Source of the DNA: Botryllus schlosseri
Taxonomy: Eukaryota
Direction of reading: 5' to 3'
Length of the DNA stretch: 64,000 bases
NCBI GenBank assembly: GCA_051294905.1
Contig: CM119372.1
Coordinates: 37,574,001-37,638,000 of the forward strand
Shown one piece after another: positions 14,196 through 25,340 of the stretch (its first letter is position 1; each line of letters opens with the position of its first letter). A program made the translations under genes and the position numbers. The notes beneath the pieces are model-generated. The model saw nothing but the letters and a program-made list of their open reading frames with translations, was not told the DNA's origin and did not search any database.

Positions 14196-14571
14196 GGGAG
14201 ATAGCGTAGTGGACTCGGTTCGATTCCCGTCGGTGGTTTATGCGGGCTCCTCTTCCCCCGCAGTTGCCGCTCTTACGGCGACAAAAAAGCCCAGAAAAGA
14301 CCAGACGAAAGAAAGCACTCACAAGGAATGGAAAGAGCTAGTAGAAAGGGCCGCGGCTTCAACAAGATCAACATCGAAAAGAAATGCGACATCAGGCACT
14401 CTAGACCGAGGTGGATGTTAGATTAAAAGGAGCTCAACTGCATGCGTGTCGTTCGACATCCTCCTATCTGTTCATTACATCGCATTTTGTCTTATCGGAT
14501 TGTACATTGTGTGTGACTTGTTCAGATGAAAAATATAACCCAACAATTATTAGTATTATTAGTATTATTAG
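14196..14571 (+). mobile_element. tRNA-derived SINE, family A, copy 2 (deletion between A and B boxes)
   Basis: TAGCGTAGTGG lies almost directly before GGTTCGATTCCC. Body is colinear with 3830-4226. Tail ATTATTAGT repeats. Confidence 0.85.
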
Positions 14572-15654
14572 ACACCCCCCTTCCTATAGCCATAAGACAG
14601 TGTAAAGAGGCACTTACGTCGTAATATAGCGCTTTGCAATATGAACTTGAACATTGTAGGATGGACAGTTGGACACTGAATAAAAAATAACAGAAGTGAA
14701 GGGATGATAGCCTAATGAAGTGGCATGTTTCGGAATGATGGGTCGATTTAACAAATTGAGATTTGAATGTGGTCGTTCTTGACGACTGTCGGGATGGCCT
14801 TCGAGGCTTTTAGCGATGTATTACCCAAACTTATTTCCACGGCGTATTTCAATATTGAATATATTCGACATATCAATAGAAAGTCTTGAATCGAGAGGTG
14901 AAGTCAATACACGCAGTCATGGAAAAACACGAGCATATGGAATTATAGATAACTAACCTACCGTAGGTTAGGTAATTATCTATAATGGAATCAATATTAT
15001 ATAGGCTTGCGTCGCTAGGATAGAGATTGACGTTAATATTGTTATAGTGAACCGAACTATTGGTAAATATACTCCTACACAAATTCCATACAGCATTCAC
15101 AATCAATCCTGATGCGTATTGTGATACACAATAAAGGTGCGGCATGTATTTTCTTGACAAGTTGATTCTGCTTCTGTGTACTAACTTTTTGAGTTCTTAG
15201 GGTGATGCAGAACCCACTAACACCGTACTGCTGCATCATTGTTGGTGTGTTTGACTCATTTTCACCCCTAGGAAGGGTGTGGAGGAACGATTTGGTACCC
15301 GAGTGAGTCTGTATCGTAGAACCTTAGCTGACGTATTACTTGATATTGACATGGTGCTGCCCGCGGCGATCACCAAGTTGAAACAGTGGCCCTTTACTCT
15401 TTTTGAGTTGGTAGCCCCTGCTCTGATATCAATATACTACTATATGTAGGTTTACCATATTTTGGAAATCTAAAAAGAGGACACTTTTTCAGAAATTTGA
15501 GACTTGCAAAACCGGAGAAGAATTCTCAAAAACCGGTGAATTTTTCCCATTTTGTGATCGGTTGACTAAAAAAAAAAAAGGTCATCTTTTCCGCCCAGAG
15601 CTCAAAATACCGTTTTTCTTTCCGCATTGCTAGGTGGATGACTGAAAATGGTTC

Positions 15655-16318
15655 AAAATCCGTCCTCACGTCACTATCAACATTGTCTGTTAGCACAGGC
15701 ACGGTAGAACCAGGGGGTCTTTTCGAAGAGTCGACACCAGTTGGATGAATTTGAAGATCAATCCAAGACTGTTGAAAAGAAAATACTTCTTTCAAAAATT
15801 TGCAATACAAGGGAACTATTCAATATTCGAACAGCTTCTTCGAGGTGCAAAACTTCAATATAAAATTGAATAGTATATGCATATTGAAATGAGCCCGAAT
15901 ATTTTCGGCTGAGACTCGTCAGCAAGTAGTAGAGAACTCGAAAGAACTTTGTACATCAAAAATCGTATCACAAAATATGACGTCACCAGCATTCAGTATT
16001 ACGCAGATATCAGACTGGATACAATTGTATGTGACAAAAGGGTGTCTTTCATAGAACAAATAATTATTGTAATGGAAAGTTGCATGTGACCGTACCACCA
16101 ATTTTACTCCAGCACGAGTAGCATACTTTCCTGGATTGTTAATCATTTTAGTGGAATTTTACCAGCAAACATTCATGAAAATAACCGAATGCAGCAGAAT
16201 CAAATTCATTATCTAAGGATATAACAGTTTACTTACGAAACACCGCGATGCTTACCAGTATTTTAAACAACAAATGCATTTCAAGAAGGTGCCAATTCCA
16301 ATACATACTACCTGCACA
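15655..16318. repeat. unclassified dispersed repeat (copy 1)
   Basis: Colinear with 28255-28775, which lacks ~170 bp. The missing piece resembles ~56940-57000 and ~62082-62168. Confidence 0.75.
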
Positions 16319-18266
16319 CAGTGGCGGCTCGTGACAATATCGGGTGGTGGGGCAAGGGCTGCAAGCGACTTTTTATCAAGATGACGTCACAATGGCGTTT
16401 TCCAACGTAAACAAGTTACTTAATGATGGTACGGTAACATGAATTTCCCGGCAACAGTGATTTTAACGTATGTGCCACGAGAGGTCCGCTGGTGAGCTGT
16501 GACTTGAAGTGTGGTAACTGCGTAAACGGCGTACGGAACAAAGATTCAACACGGTTCATGTTCGCATTAGACCTGAGCTGACTAATTATCTGCAGAAATG
16601 GAAATGACTATAACTCGAGAGATAGCGTAAGCCTAATTGGAAAGGTCAACGAATTCGGACAGATACGCAATTGTTATCTCATAGATTGGGCCTGTCCTAT
16701 TGAATCCAAAACATCATTCTAAAGAACTAAGAATAGCAGCCTCGGAAATTTGGTCTCGGTAGTCGGTACAGCATAAGAGATTTTGGCCTTGAAACTGCAG
16801 ACTGTAACACGACACATACGTTTTTATTACGGTCTTATAGGTCTGCTGCGAAATCGCCTTTGGAAAATATATTACCGAATAAATACGTGGATGAAAACCT
16901 TAAACTTGGTACACTGTTACATGACATTATCGAGAAGTGGCCTCATGGCCCTTTTCGGTATGGTACACTGTCAAAATTAATGCGAACAGACCAACACCGA
17001 ATTCTGCGTGAAATTTACGGAGGAATAGGCTGATCAAGTGATCAGCTGTTAGCCGCCATCGAAAACCTAATAACTATCGCGCTTGACAGGGGGTTGTAAG
17101 CAAAGGGCTTGAAGACCACAATTTCACGGTGAAATTGACATTGGAGAATATAATATCAAAGTAAATATTTGAATGCAAACTGAGAATGATATCATCATCT
17201 CAGTTAACGTTACCGCAGATACACCGGCTTTTGGGTGAAATCCGCAATGTGTTGTAGGCTAAAGTGTCAGATCGGAGCACATCTTTACCATACTCGACCT
17301 TGATAACGAAATTACTGCCCTAATCATTGAGTGTCAACCTTGAGACTTGGCACAGCGTTCGATACTAAAATCAAGACATACCGTGCAAAAGCTTATGACG
17401 GATCTAGGTAAGGAGCATCATTAAAATCAATAGAGACCAATACCGGCTTTGCGTATAATCTGTTAGCGATAAATGACGAGTCAGATCTCACTCGAATTAG
17501 GAAACGAAATTACCACTAACACAGTTCAGTGACAAACTTAAAACTTGGTACAGCGTTCGATACTAACATTAAGACTTACCGTGCCAAATGTCATAACCGA
17601 TCTCAGTATTGAACATCGTCAAAACCAATGGATACCATTACCGGCTTTTGAGTAAAATCTGTTTGCGATACATGACGGATCAGCACACACTCAACTTCGG
17701 AAACGGAATTACTACCCTAAACTTTAAGTAGAAACCCTGAAACTTGGGGCAGTGTTAAATACCACCATCACGACATGACATAACAAGTTTCAAGAGTTTT
17801 CATGGTGTGAAACCCCATTAAAATCGACCTATACCAGCAAAGGTCGACTAAACGCATATGACGGTAATAGAGTTTAGCTATAGTTACGATTGTTACATCA
17901 CACCTTAAGGGCACAGAGCTATCGTGCCCCGGTTGCTCGGTAATTTTATGAATAGGAGAGAGTAAATCACCGTTTCTTTATTGGGCGCGGCTTTGAGAGA
18001 ATAGATAGTGAAAGCTTGTTATGAGCGCTACCGGGGCAAGCCCCGGCTAGGCATTCGCAAAGCGAAAACACAGAAGAGAATTCGATTTTCGCAGAGACTT
18101 CGCTATATATGGGCGTTTACAAGCGAAAGGACAAGAAGTATACGATTTTCGCAGTGATTTCGGTTTATATAGATAGGTGTGCGTCTATACATGGTAAAGA
18201 ATTGTTATTTAACAGAATTTTAGGTGGGGCAATGCCCCAGTTGCCCTATAGGACGAGCCGCCACTG
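16319..18266. mobile_element. non-autonomous hAT element with an internal tandem array
   Basis: TIR CAGTGGCGGCTCGT / ACGAGCCGCCACTG, perfect TSD CCTGCACA (16311-16318, 18267-18274). Confidence 0.9.
17220..17835 (+). repeat. three diverged ~200-bp tandem units
   Basis: ACCGGCTTT... recurs at ~17223, ~17442 and ~17640, each followed by (AA)ACTTGG..CAG(C/T)GTT..ATAC motifs. Confidence 0.75.
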
Positions 18267-19599
18267 CCTGCACATTAGGGCGTTTTTCATATTCTTTCCA
18301 TCAGCCGCAACCCAGGCTTGATGAGTCCCTGATTCGTGGCGTGCCATGGCGGCTCTTTTTTTTACTGGTCAAATCCAAATGCTGCTCCTAGAAAATACGA
18401 AACATACCAAAGGAAAATTGTAAATTTGATGCAGAAGTAGATATAAATATTTCACACAGGTAGGTTACAGAAGCGCAGGAGAGGTGCTCAGCCCCCCAGG
18501 TTGAGATCCACTGACGTAGCCCATTATAGTTCAGGAAGCAATAGGTAAAGTACAAGTTACACGAGCTCATTACGTTCAACTACATTAGGGTTGCCATACG
18601 TCCGGAATTTCCCGGACATGTCCGGAATTTCACTGAAAAATCTGCGTCCGGGAGGAATTTCTAAAATATGCCTAAATGTCCGGAATTTTGAAGGTTTGAG
18701 GTAGGCTTAAACATTTTTCGTAAATCAACATAAACAATATTATTTTCAAGCAGATTTATGCTATTTAAGATTGTTTCTTCGCGCCGCGCGCGAGTTAATG
18801 CAACGTATATTGATATTAGTATGGGCACCAGGCAACACCCTCGCCAAATTTGCAATCAAAATAAATATAAATAACCATCGTTTACTGAAATAAGTCTGAT
18901 TGTAATCGCAAACGGTATATTACTAGAGTTGGTTAAGGCCACAGACAGTGGTTCCGAATCTTGAGGTCGTTTTCCTTTATCTGGGGATCGCGATGATGTT
19001 GAACGTATAATCAGCTTCATATGCCGAAAGTTTGGGCAAGCTGATTTTTTAGTAATCAGCTTATCAAGTTTGGAGCTAGTCCACGGAACATTCTGAAGTT
19101 GGAAATGCGGACGCGACCATAAAAAAGTTGGAAATCACCGGATATGCTATAGGGGAGACCGGGGACAAATGTAACTAGGGGCAAATGTAACAATCGACCT
19201 CACCGCTAGTGGGGTGTATAAATCGCCTTGATATTTTGTGTGCGCATGTGGTAGTTATCTCTCCTAACATATCTGAAGTTACGTTGAGATACGACGCGAC
19301 ACTCCGAAATAATTTGAAAAAAACGAAATTTTGGACACTTGAGTAAATATTTTCTGATCTGGAATAATTTGTTCAGACGAATAATACCTCAAGTGGTTAC
19401 AACGTAATATATGTAGCTGGAACAATGTTACCACAGTCTACCTTGATGATAGAAAAACTAGGACATGCATCGCCGGAAAGGTACCATACTGAGACACTAA
19501 TCATGGTCGAGCGTGTCAGGGGCAAACGCAACACTCTGTTACTTTTGCCCCGGTACAACATCTTTTCAATGCTGAATATGTTTGTTCATATGTTGGTAT

Positions 19600-20175
19600 A
19601 ACCATTTATCTACTGCAGATGAATCTTGAAACAGCCAGAGGTTCAATACCAGAACAGATAATACCTTGCCATACCAATTCTAACATGATCATCTGTCGGA
19701 ATGGCCATTCAGCAGTGGTGATGTGAATCTTACGGATCGGTTATTTCCGTGATTCTACCACCCTTTCTCATGTTGATCGACTTTTGGTGTGTCGACCTTC
19801 AATGGTCACTTAAGAACTTGCCCATGACTGTATCCTCATCCTCTGACTTTTACATTTTGTCATAGGTGTGAACAATTTATTTTAATATCGTACAGAACAG
19901 GAGAATGCCATAAGCTATGACCCCACAAAATGTTGTGTCCTCGTTTTGCTACACTATCATTGGCGCATTCAACCAAAATATTTTAGCCGGATCGGTTTCG
20001 CACCTTCGCAGGTGACCCAATCCCCAACCCATTGTGCACGCTGAACAACAGCACCTTGTTTGAAGATGCCAAATATGTGTAGGGAGATGATGGAACGAAT
20101 GTGGTTCTTGTACACTTTGAGCTCATGAAGAAGGCACGAAGGGTGATATTGTATTTAAATGCCAAAATCCTATGG
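19600..20175 (+). pseudogene. decayed pogo-like transposase with a C-terminal PHD-like finger
   Basis: Translated fragments: ILPPFLML, AMTPQNVVSSFCYTIIGAFNQNI (from 19914; pogo A.TP.NI.SGF..TGI.PFN motif), FAPSQVT, CTL*AHEEGTKGDIVFKCQN. Stops and frameshifts are present. Confidence 0.7.
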
Positions 20176-21009
20176 GGCGTAGCCTGGAAGCGTTCAAACT
20201 TCTATTTTTCTAATTTAATACAATAATACAAGTTGTAGACCCGTTTTCGTTGTTCATTTTGTTTGTTTTCACTTATAAATAACACTGTTATAGTTGCCCC
20301 GCATGGGTGGTACAATTGCCCCTGCCCAGTAAACACAGTACAGACCAAAGATGTAGAAAGCCGAGCCCGATATAGTAGATATTAGATCTCGGCAGGTCGT
20401 AGAAAGGGGGATTTTGTGTCGACTCAATTCAATGTCTTTTCTATGTCCTTCAATAATGTAAATATTATGCAGATGCTACAGCCTTTAAACATGGTGAGTA
20501 GAATGTAGATCCTACATTAAAAGAACATTCTGATATAATAACCTGTTTTCTAGCACTGGGCATAACCTGATCACGGCTGCGTACACACACACACACCACA
20601 TTATCTACTACATAATAATCACATTTGCGGTAATTTAATTCAAAACGAATTGGCAAGTGAATAATGCCGGTGTAAAAAATGAAACGAACGAAATTACTTG
20701 TAGGGCCAAGTAGCAATGAATGAAACTATGAGAACAGTCAGTAATCAGAAGGTTTCAACGTCTGATGATGATAATCCCTCTGGCGTTTTCTTTTCAACAC
20801 CCTGTAGAAATAAAATGAAAATGACGATTATTAGCTAAGACATTCGTACTGCGAAAATGGCAGAGGTAGCGAGTAACGAATGACTCCTAGATTTTTTCAC
20901 CCATACTTACTAAAATGGATTTGATTCTGGACTATTTCCACTCAAGTTTTCAAGTTTTTATTATTATATTTTTTATTATTATATGACTAGAAAACTGACT
21001 TCAATCGCC

Positions 21010-21480
21010 ACTTCTACTTGATTATCAAGATCAACGATGACTACTTCAGCAATCTTTGAAAACAGCCACTAACGCAAAAAGAATTCTTGACTAAAATCTC
21101 TTCACATTCTGTCAAAAATGATCAATTCAACAATCCAAATGAATCAGTTATTTGGCAGCTAGTTGGAGAGATACATACTCAAGTCTAGAAAGTGGAATGA
21201 TACTCTGCCTGGAAAGCTGAAGACCTAACAATATTGTGTACAGAGAACAAAACATTTGAGTGGCGGCACTGGTATAGACATTAACAAATTATTAGAATTG
21301 ACAGCAAGATAACCAGCAAGACATTAAAATGAGAATTAGTGCAGTTTCTTAGGCTGTAGTGATACTCAGCCTGTAATTGACCTAGCAGAGAGCAAAACGT
21401 TGTAAAAAAAGCGAGCGAAACCTCCGACAAATGATACGATAAAACATTAGAATCGACAGTCTTACTAGAAGCAGAATAAC
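21010..21480 (+). pseudogene. possible EnSpm transposase C-terminal remnant
   Basis: TTSAIFENSH*RKK resembles the SAF.FEN motif, followed by PNNIVY. Heavily degraded. Confidence 0.35.
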
Positions 21481-22950
21481 AATCATGAGGGGTTAGAGAA
21501 CAGAAGCCCGGGAAGTGACCATCAGAAATTACTGCATACTGGCCGAACAAATCCATGACCACTAACAAATGGTCTTTTAATAGTCAATATTGATACCAAA
21601 TGACACCACCCCTATTTCACCGCAACATTTAGCAAATACAGCGCTGGAGTCAACCTTATAAAGTGCTAACCAAGCGCCCATTAGTCTTCTCACCTACTAC
21701 ATCGCGCTTCGCGGATGGAAATACGCATTAAAGCGAATGGACGCGACTTGTCACACTCTTGCTATTTGTGCTCCCTTTTTCTCTTCCTTCCTCTTGAGGA
21801 GAGAAACAGTCGGTCGCGTTTACGGATCGTGAATTCCCGGCTTAAGGGTGATTCTTCCTCCAATGGTCAGCACCTTGAAAATTGAGAACAATGTTGTTGC
21901 AAAATGCATGACAATTTGAAAGTTACATCATTCTAATTATTCCAGTTATGGCCGTGAATCGTTACAAGTGCGGTAACCATAAGAATTATTACTATACTTC
22001 AACTACAAATACAATATATTGTATAAAATAATTACTAATTCTTTTACGTTGATCGAGTCCCAAATGGATGAAATATGTCAAAGAATTTGCTAATTTTTTT
22101 TGTATAATTTGACAGATTCCGAAATCTTCTCAAAGTGCACCTTTCAAAAATTTGATATCAAGACTCCCAACATTTTACAATTCGAAGTTGGATGGCTTAA
22201 CCAATACAAGCGAACAGTTTGTATCGCAATTGACAATTATGTAGAGAACGCTGCGATACATGTGAGTAGGCCTACCCTAAAACGTTTCTGACATGGACAT
22301 TAGGGCTCTTAAAAAATGACTTTTTTTCTCAAATCGTTCTGGCTACTTGATAAAATTGTTAGGTTACCTAATTCAAGCCTACACACCAAATTTGGTTCAA
22401 TTCCAACCAGTAGCCGCATTGCTACAGGAAAAGAAAGTTTCTATTTATTATATAAAAATAAATAGAAAAAATTTGAAAATTTTCTGTTCACCCCATGAAA
22501 GTGTTAGGTTATGTATAGAAACGATGTTCATCAAATTTGGTTCGATTCAAACAAGTGGAAGCGGAGTTATTGCCATCGAAAAATTCGGATTTTAATAAAA
22601 TAGTATTTACGGGGGGCACCACTATAATAAATAATTAAAGAATTGTGTCACGCTGTCATACTGTTTTACGCAACCGTTGTTATGCACTGCATTGTTGCTG
22701 TGTTCTGGCTCAATTGATGTTATTTCTAAATTCGACATTAATGCGTCATAATTCTCCATCTGGTTTTGAATTCAACTCTGTTTTGCTTCCTTTATCGTGC
22801 CGGTAGCTCTTTAATAGGCATGCGAAAAGTTCTTCGGGTTTCAATAACGTTTATCATGAAGGTACTTTTGAAAGCAGTATTAAAATTTTGTACCACCAAC
22901 CAGTTATTTAATTACTATTTATCTTCAAAGTAAATGCTCATTGCATGAAG

Positions 22951-23437
22951 CAGGGTTGTAAGACTCGAGTCAGGATTTTCTGTTGACTCGACTTGACTCA
23001 GGTCATCTTCTCAAAGTACTGAAATGACTCGACTCATTGCGCATGACTTGAGACTCAGACAGCCAAGACCGACATTTCATGATTATTTCAAAGAATAGTA
23101 CAGCAAATCGCTATTGGGATTTCGTCAATTGATACTGGTATTTGAAAATGCGGCCAGAAACTGCTAAAAGTAAGGAAAATTCGTATATTATAAATGCGAC
23201 CCACTCGATATCACAAAAAATATATAAAAAGTTGGTTTAACAAGACTTAAATTGGAAACTGAGCAGCTAACACAATGACTCTGGCTCGAGTCATAATACC
23301 ATAACTCGGACTCGGCCCTCTGCTCGCTGACTTGGACTCGGACTTGACTCGGTGGTGAATTGAAAATGACCCGAGTCAAAACTATAAAAGTGAGATTGAC
23401 TTGCGACTCGGAGCCTTGTGACTTGGTGACAACCCTG
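22951..23437. mobile_element. GACTC-repeat hAT MITE
   Basis: TIR CAGGGTTGT / ACAACCCTG, perfect TSD GCATGAAG (22943-22950, 23438-23445). Confidence 0.9.
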
Positions 23438-23521
23438 GCATGAAGCCTCAATAGTTACATGAGTGGGGTGACTAGACAAAGAACACAGTGACATTTGCAG
23501 CATATCATGAATGTCTCTTAC

Positions 23522-24000
23522 TATATGTGATCTTGTTCAAATGGAGGTTGATGAAAGCGTATTTCCCATTCTTTCCGACTCTGCTATAATTTCACCAGAC
23601 TGGCAACCTTCTTCATGATGCTTTTTGCTGACTGACCAATATTGTCGCCGCCAACGGTACGAGTGCAAATGTCTGATATGTCAATATAGGAACAGAATTA
23701 GTTGACTGTTCATGACCGTCCACGTTCAGAGTTGCATCTCAAAGATGCTAAAATAAGCCTTAATATAATCCAAGCAATACGATCGTCCACTTTGACTGAC
23801 TGAATTTCTAAAAATAATAAACATAACACCTTGATAGCTTCCACATCTTACGTTTATATATACCGTCTGCTATCGGCAAGCATTTGAAAATAACAAAACA
23901 GATTCAACATACCACATCTCTTGCAAAGGCTTTTGCTTTCATTCAATATGTCATCAAACTTCTTTAAATCCTCCTTTGTGGTGAGTGGCTTCGTTTTATC
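23522..24000 (-). pseudogene. spliced accessory gene remnant of the EnSpm element, DUF4806-like
   Basis: Exon ~24000-23913 reads DKTKPLTTKEDLKKFDDILNESK, then donor GTATGT. Exon 23672-23522 follows a CAG acceptor and reads RTVGGDNIGQSAKSIMKKVA / VGKNGKYAFINLHLNKITY, then donor GTAAG. Frameshifted. Confidence 0.55.
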
Positions 24001-24116
24001 ATATACAATCTATGGCGGAATAAAAGTTTCGGATAAGTTCTAAAACGAACACAATTTTCCACACAAAAGTCAATTGCCACACGAAATGCCAAATGCTACG
24101 GTCCCATTTTACAAGG

Positions 24117-25340
24117 TATGGCTAGGTAACGTAGTGGTACCCTCCATTATAGCTAAACACCAATGAATTGCGGGTTCGAGCCTGACACGTCGACTCCATA
24201 ATTCCTACCGAAGTGTTGGCCGTTTATCTAGGCTCCTCCTCGCCATCTGATCCGCATAGCCATGTCTTTATGGCGAGGTAACGTAGTGGTACCCTCCATT
24301 ATAGCTAAACACCAATGAATTGCGAGTTCGAGCCTGACACGTCGACTCCATAATTCCTACCGAAGTGTTGGCCGTTTATCTAGGCTCCTCCTCGCCATCT
24401 GATCCGCATAGCCATGTCTTAAAAAGCCTAGGAGTGGGCCGTGCTATAAGTGGGCAGATGGTTGCCGATGAACTCGGCACTTGGTGAATTCGGCCCTCGG
24501 GAAATTTTGTAATGAAGTGTATTAACAGCTATTAATATGAATTATTAAACTAATAATAGTATTATCAAGTGATTCGTCAATCTTGTAAGGAGGTCAGGGC
24601 ATCCGTAGATCACGCAGTCACGGCGTGATTAGATCACGGATTGCGTAGCCGCGGGAAATAATGCAGCGCTCATATACCGACCACGCGCGGTCTGCTTGAA
24701 ATCGATGGCGTGAGTGACGGGCCTGTGTCGTGTAAGTTTTGAGAAGATGGATCTTGGCGTTGTATGTGAGATCGAAACTGTGGAAGATCAAGCGGCGCTT
24801 CTTCGTTTATCGATCACGACAAGCCAGTGTTTCTCATCAACAAATGTTTTGCATGATCACGTCAAAATAAATTATTTTTTGCCTTTGGAGAGACGATTCC
24901 ACTCTGGGGTTAGGGTGTCTCGATAACAGGGTTGAAGGATCCCAAGATTTCGAGATCTACCGCGAGCCACGACACGTTTAAATTTCCTTTTTGATACTGT
25001 TCATTCATATTAAATGCATTTCTAATGCGAAGGTGTTCTAGTGCCAATTCCTCCAAGGGCCGAGTTCACCAAGTGAAGAGCATCGCATTACGCGATTACG
25101 CAATCTGTGATCTAATCACGCCGTGGCTGTGTGATCTACGCATGCCCTGACCCCCGTACAACATTGACAACCACTCAAAGTGCCAAGTTCACCGGCAAAC
25201 ATTCCAGTAACCAATCATGGTGACCGGTACCGCTACGAGATCTACCATGGTCGAATTCACCAAGTGCCGAGTTTGTGCGGCCGAATTCACTAAGTGCCGA
25301 GTTCACTGGTAATCGGGCAGATACGGAATGATAATAATAA
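24117..25340 (+). mobile_element. tRNA-derived SINE, family B, with a tandemly duplicated 152-bp head, interrupted by a MITE
   Basis: Units 24117-24268 and 24269-24420 differ at 2 positions. Each has an A box TAACGTAGTGG and a B box G(G/A)TTCGAGCC-like. The 3' part resumes after the insertion as ACGGAATGATAATAATAA. Confidence 0.75.
24460..25314. mobile_element. MITE with an 8-bp TSD (Mutator- or Merlin-like ends) inserted in the SINE
   Basis: Imperfect TIR GGTTGCCGATGAACTCGGCACT / AGTGCCGAGTTCACTGGTAATC, TSD GGGCAGAT (24452-24459, 25315-25322). Confidence 0.75.
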
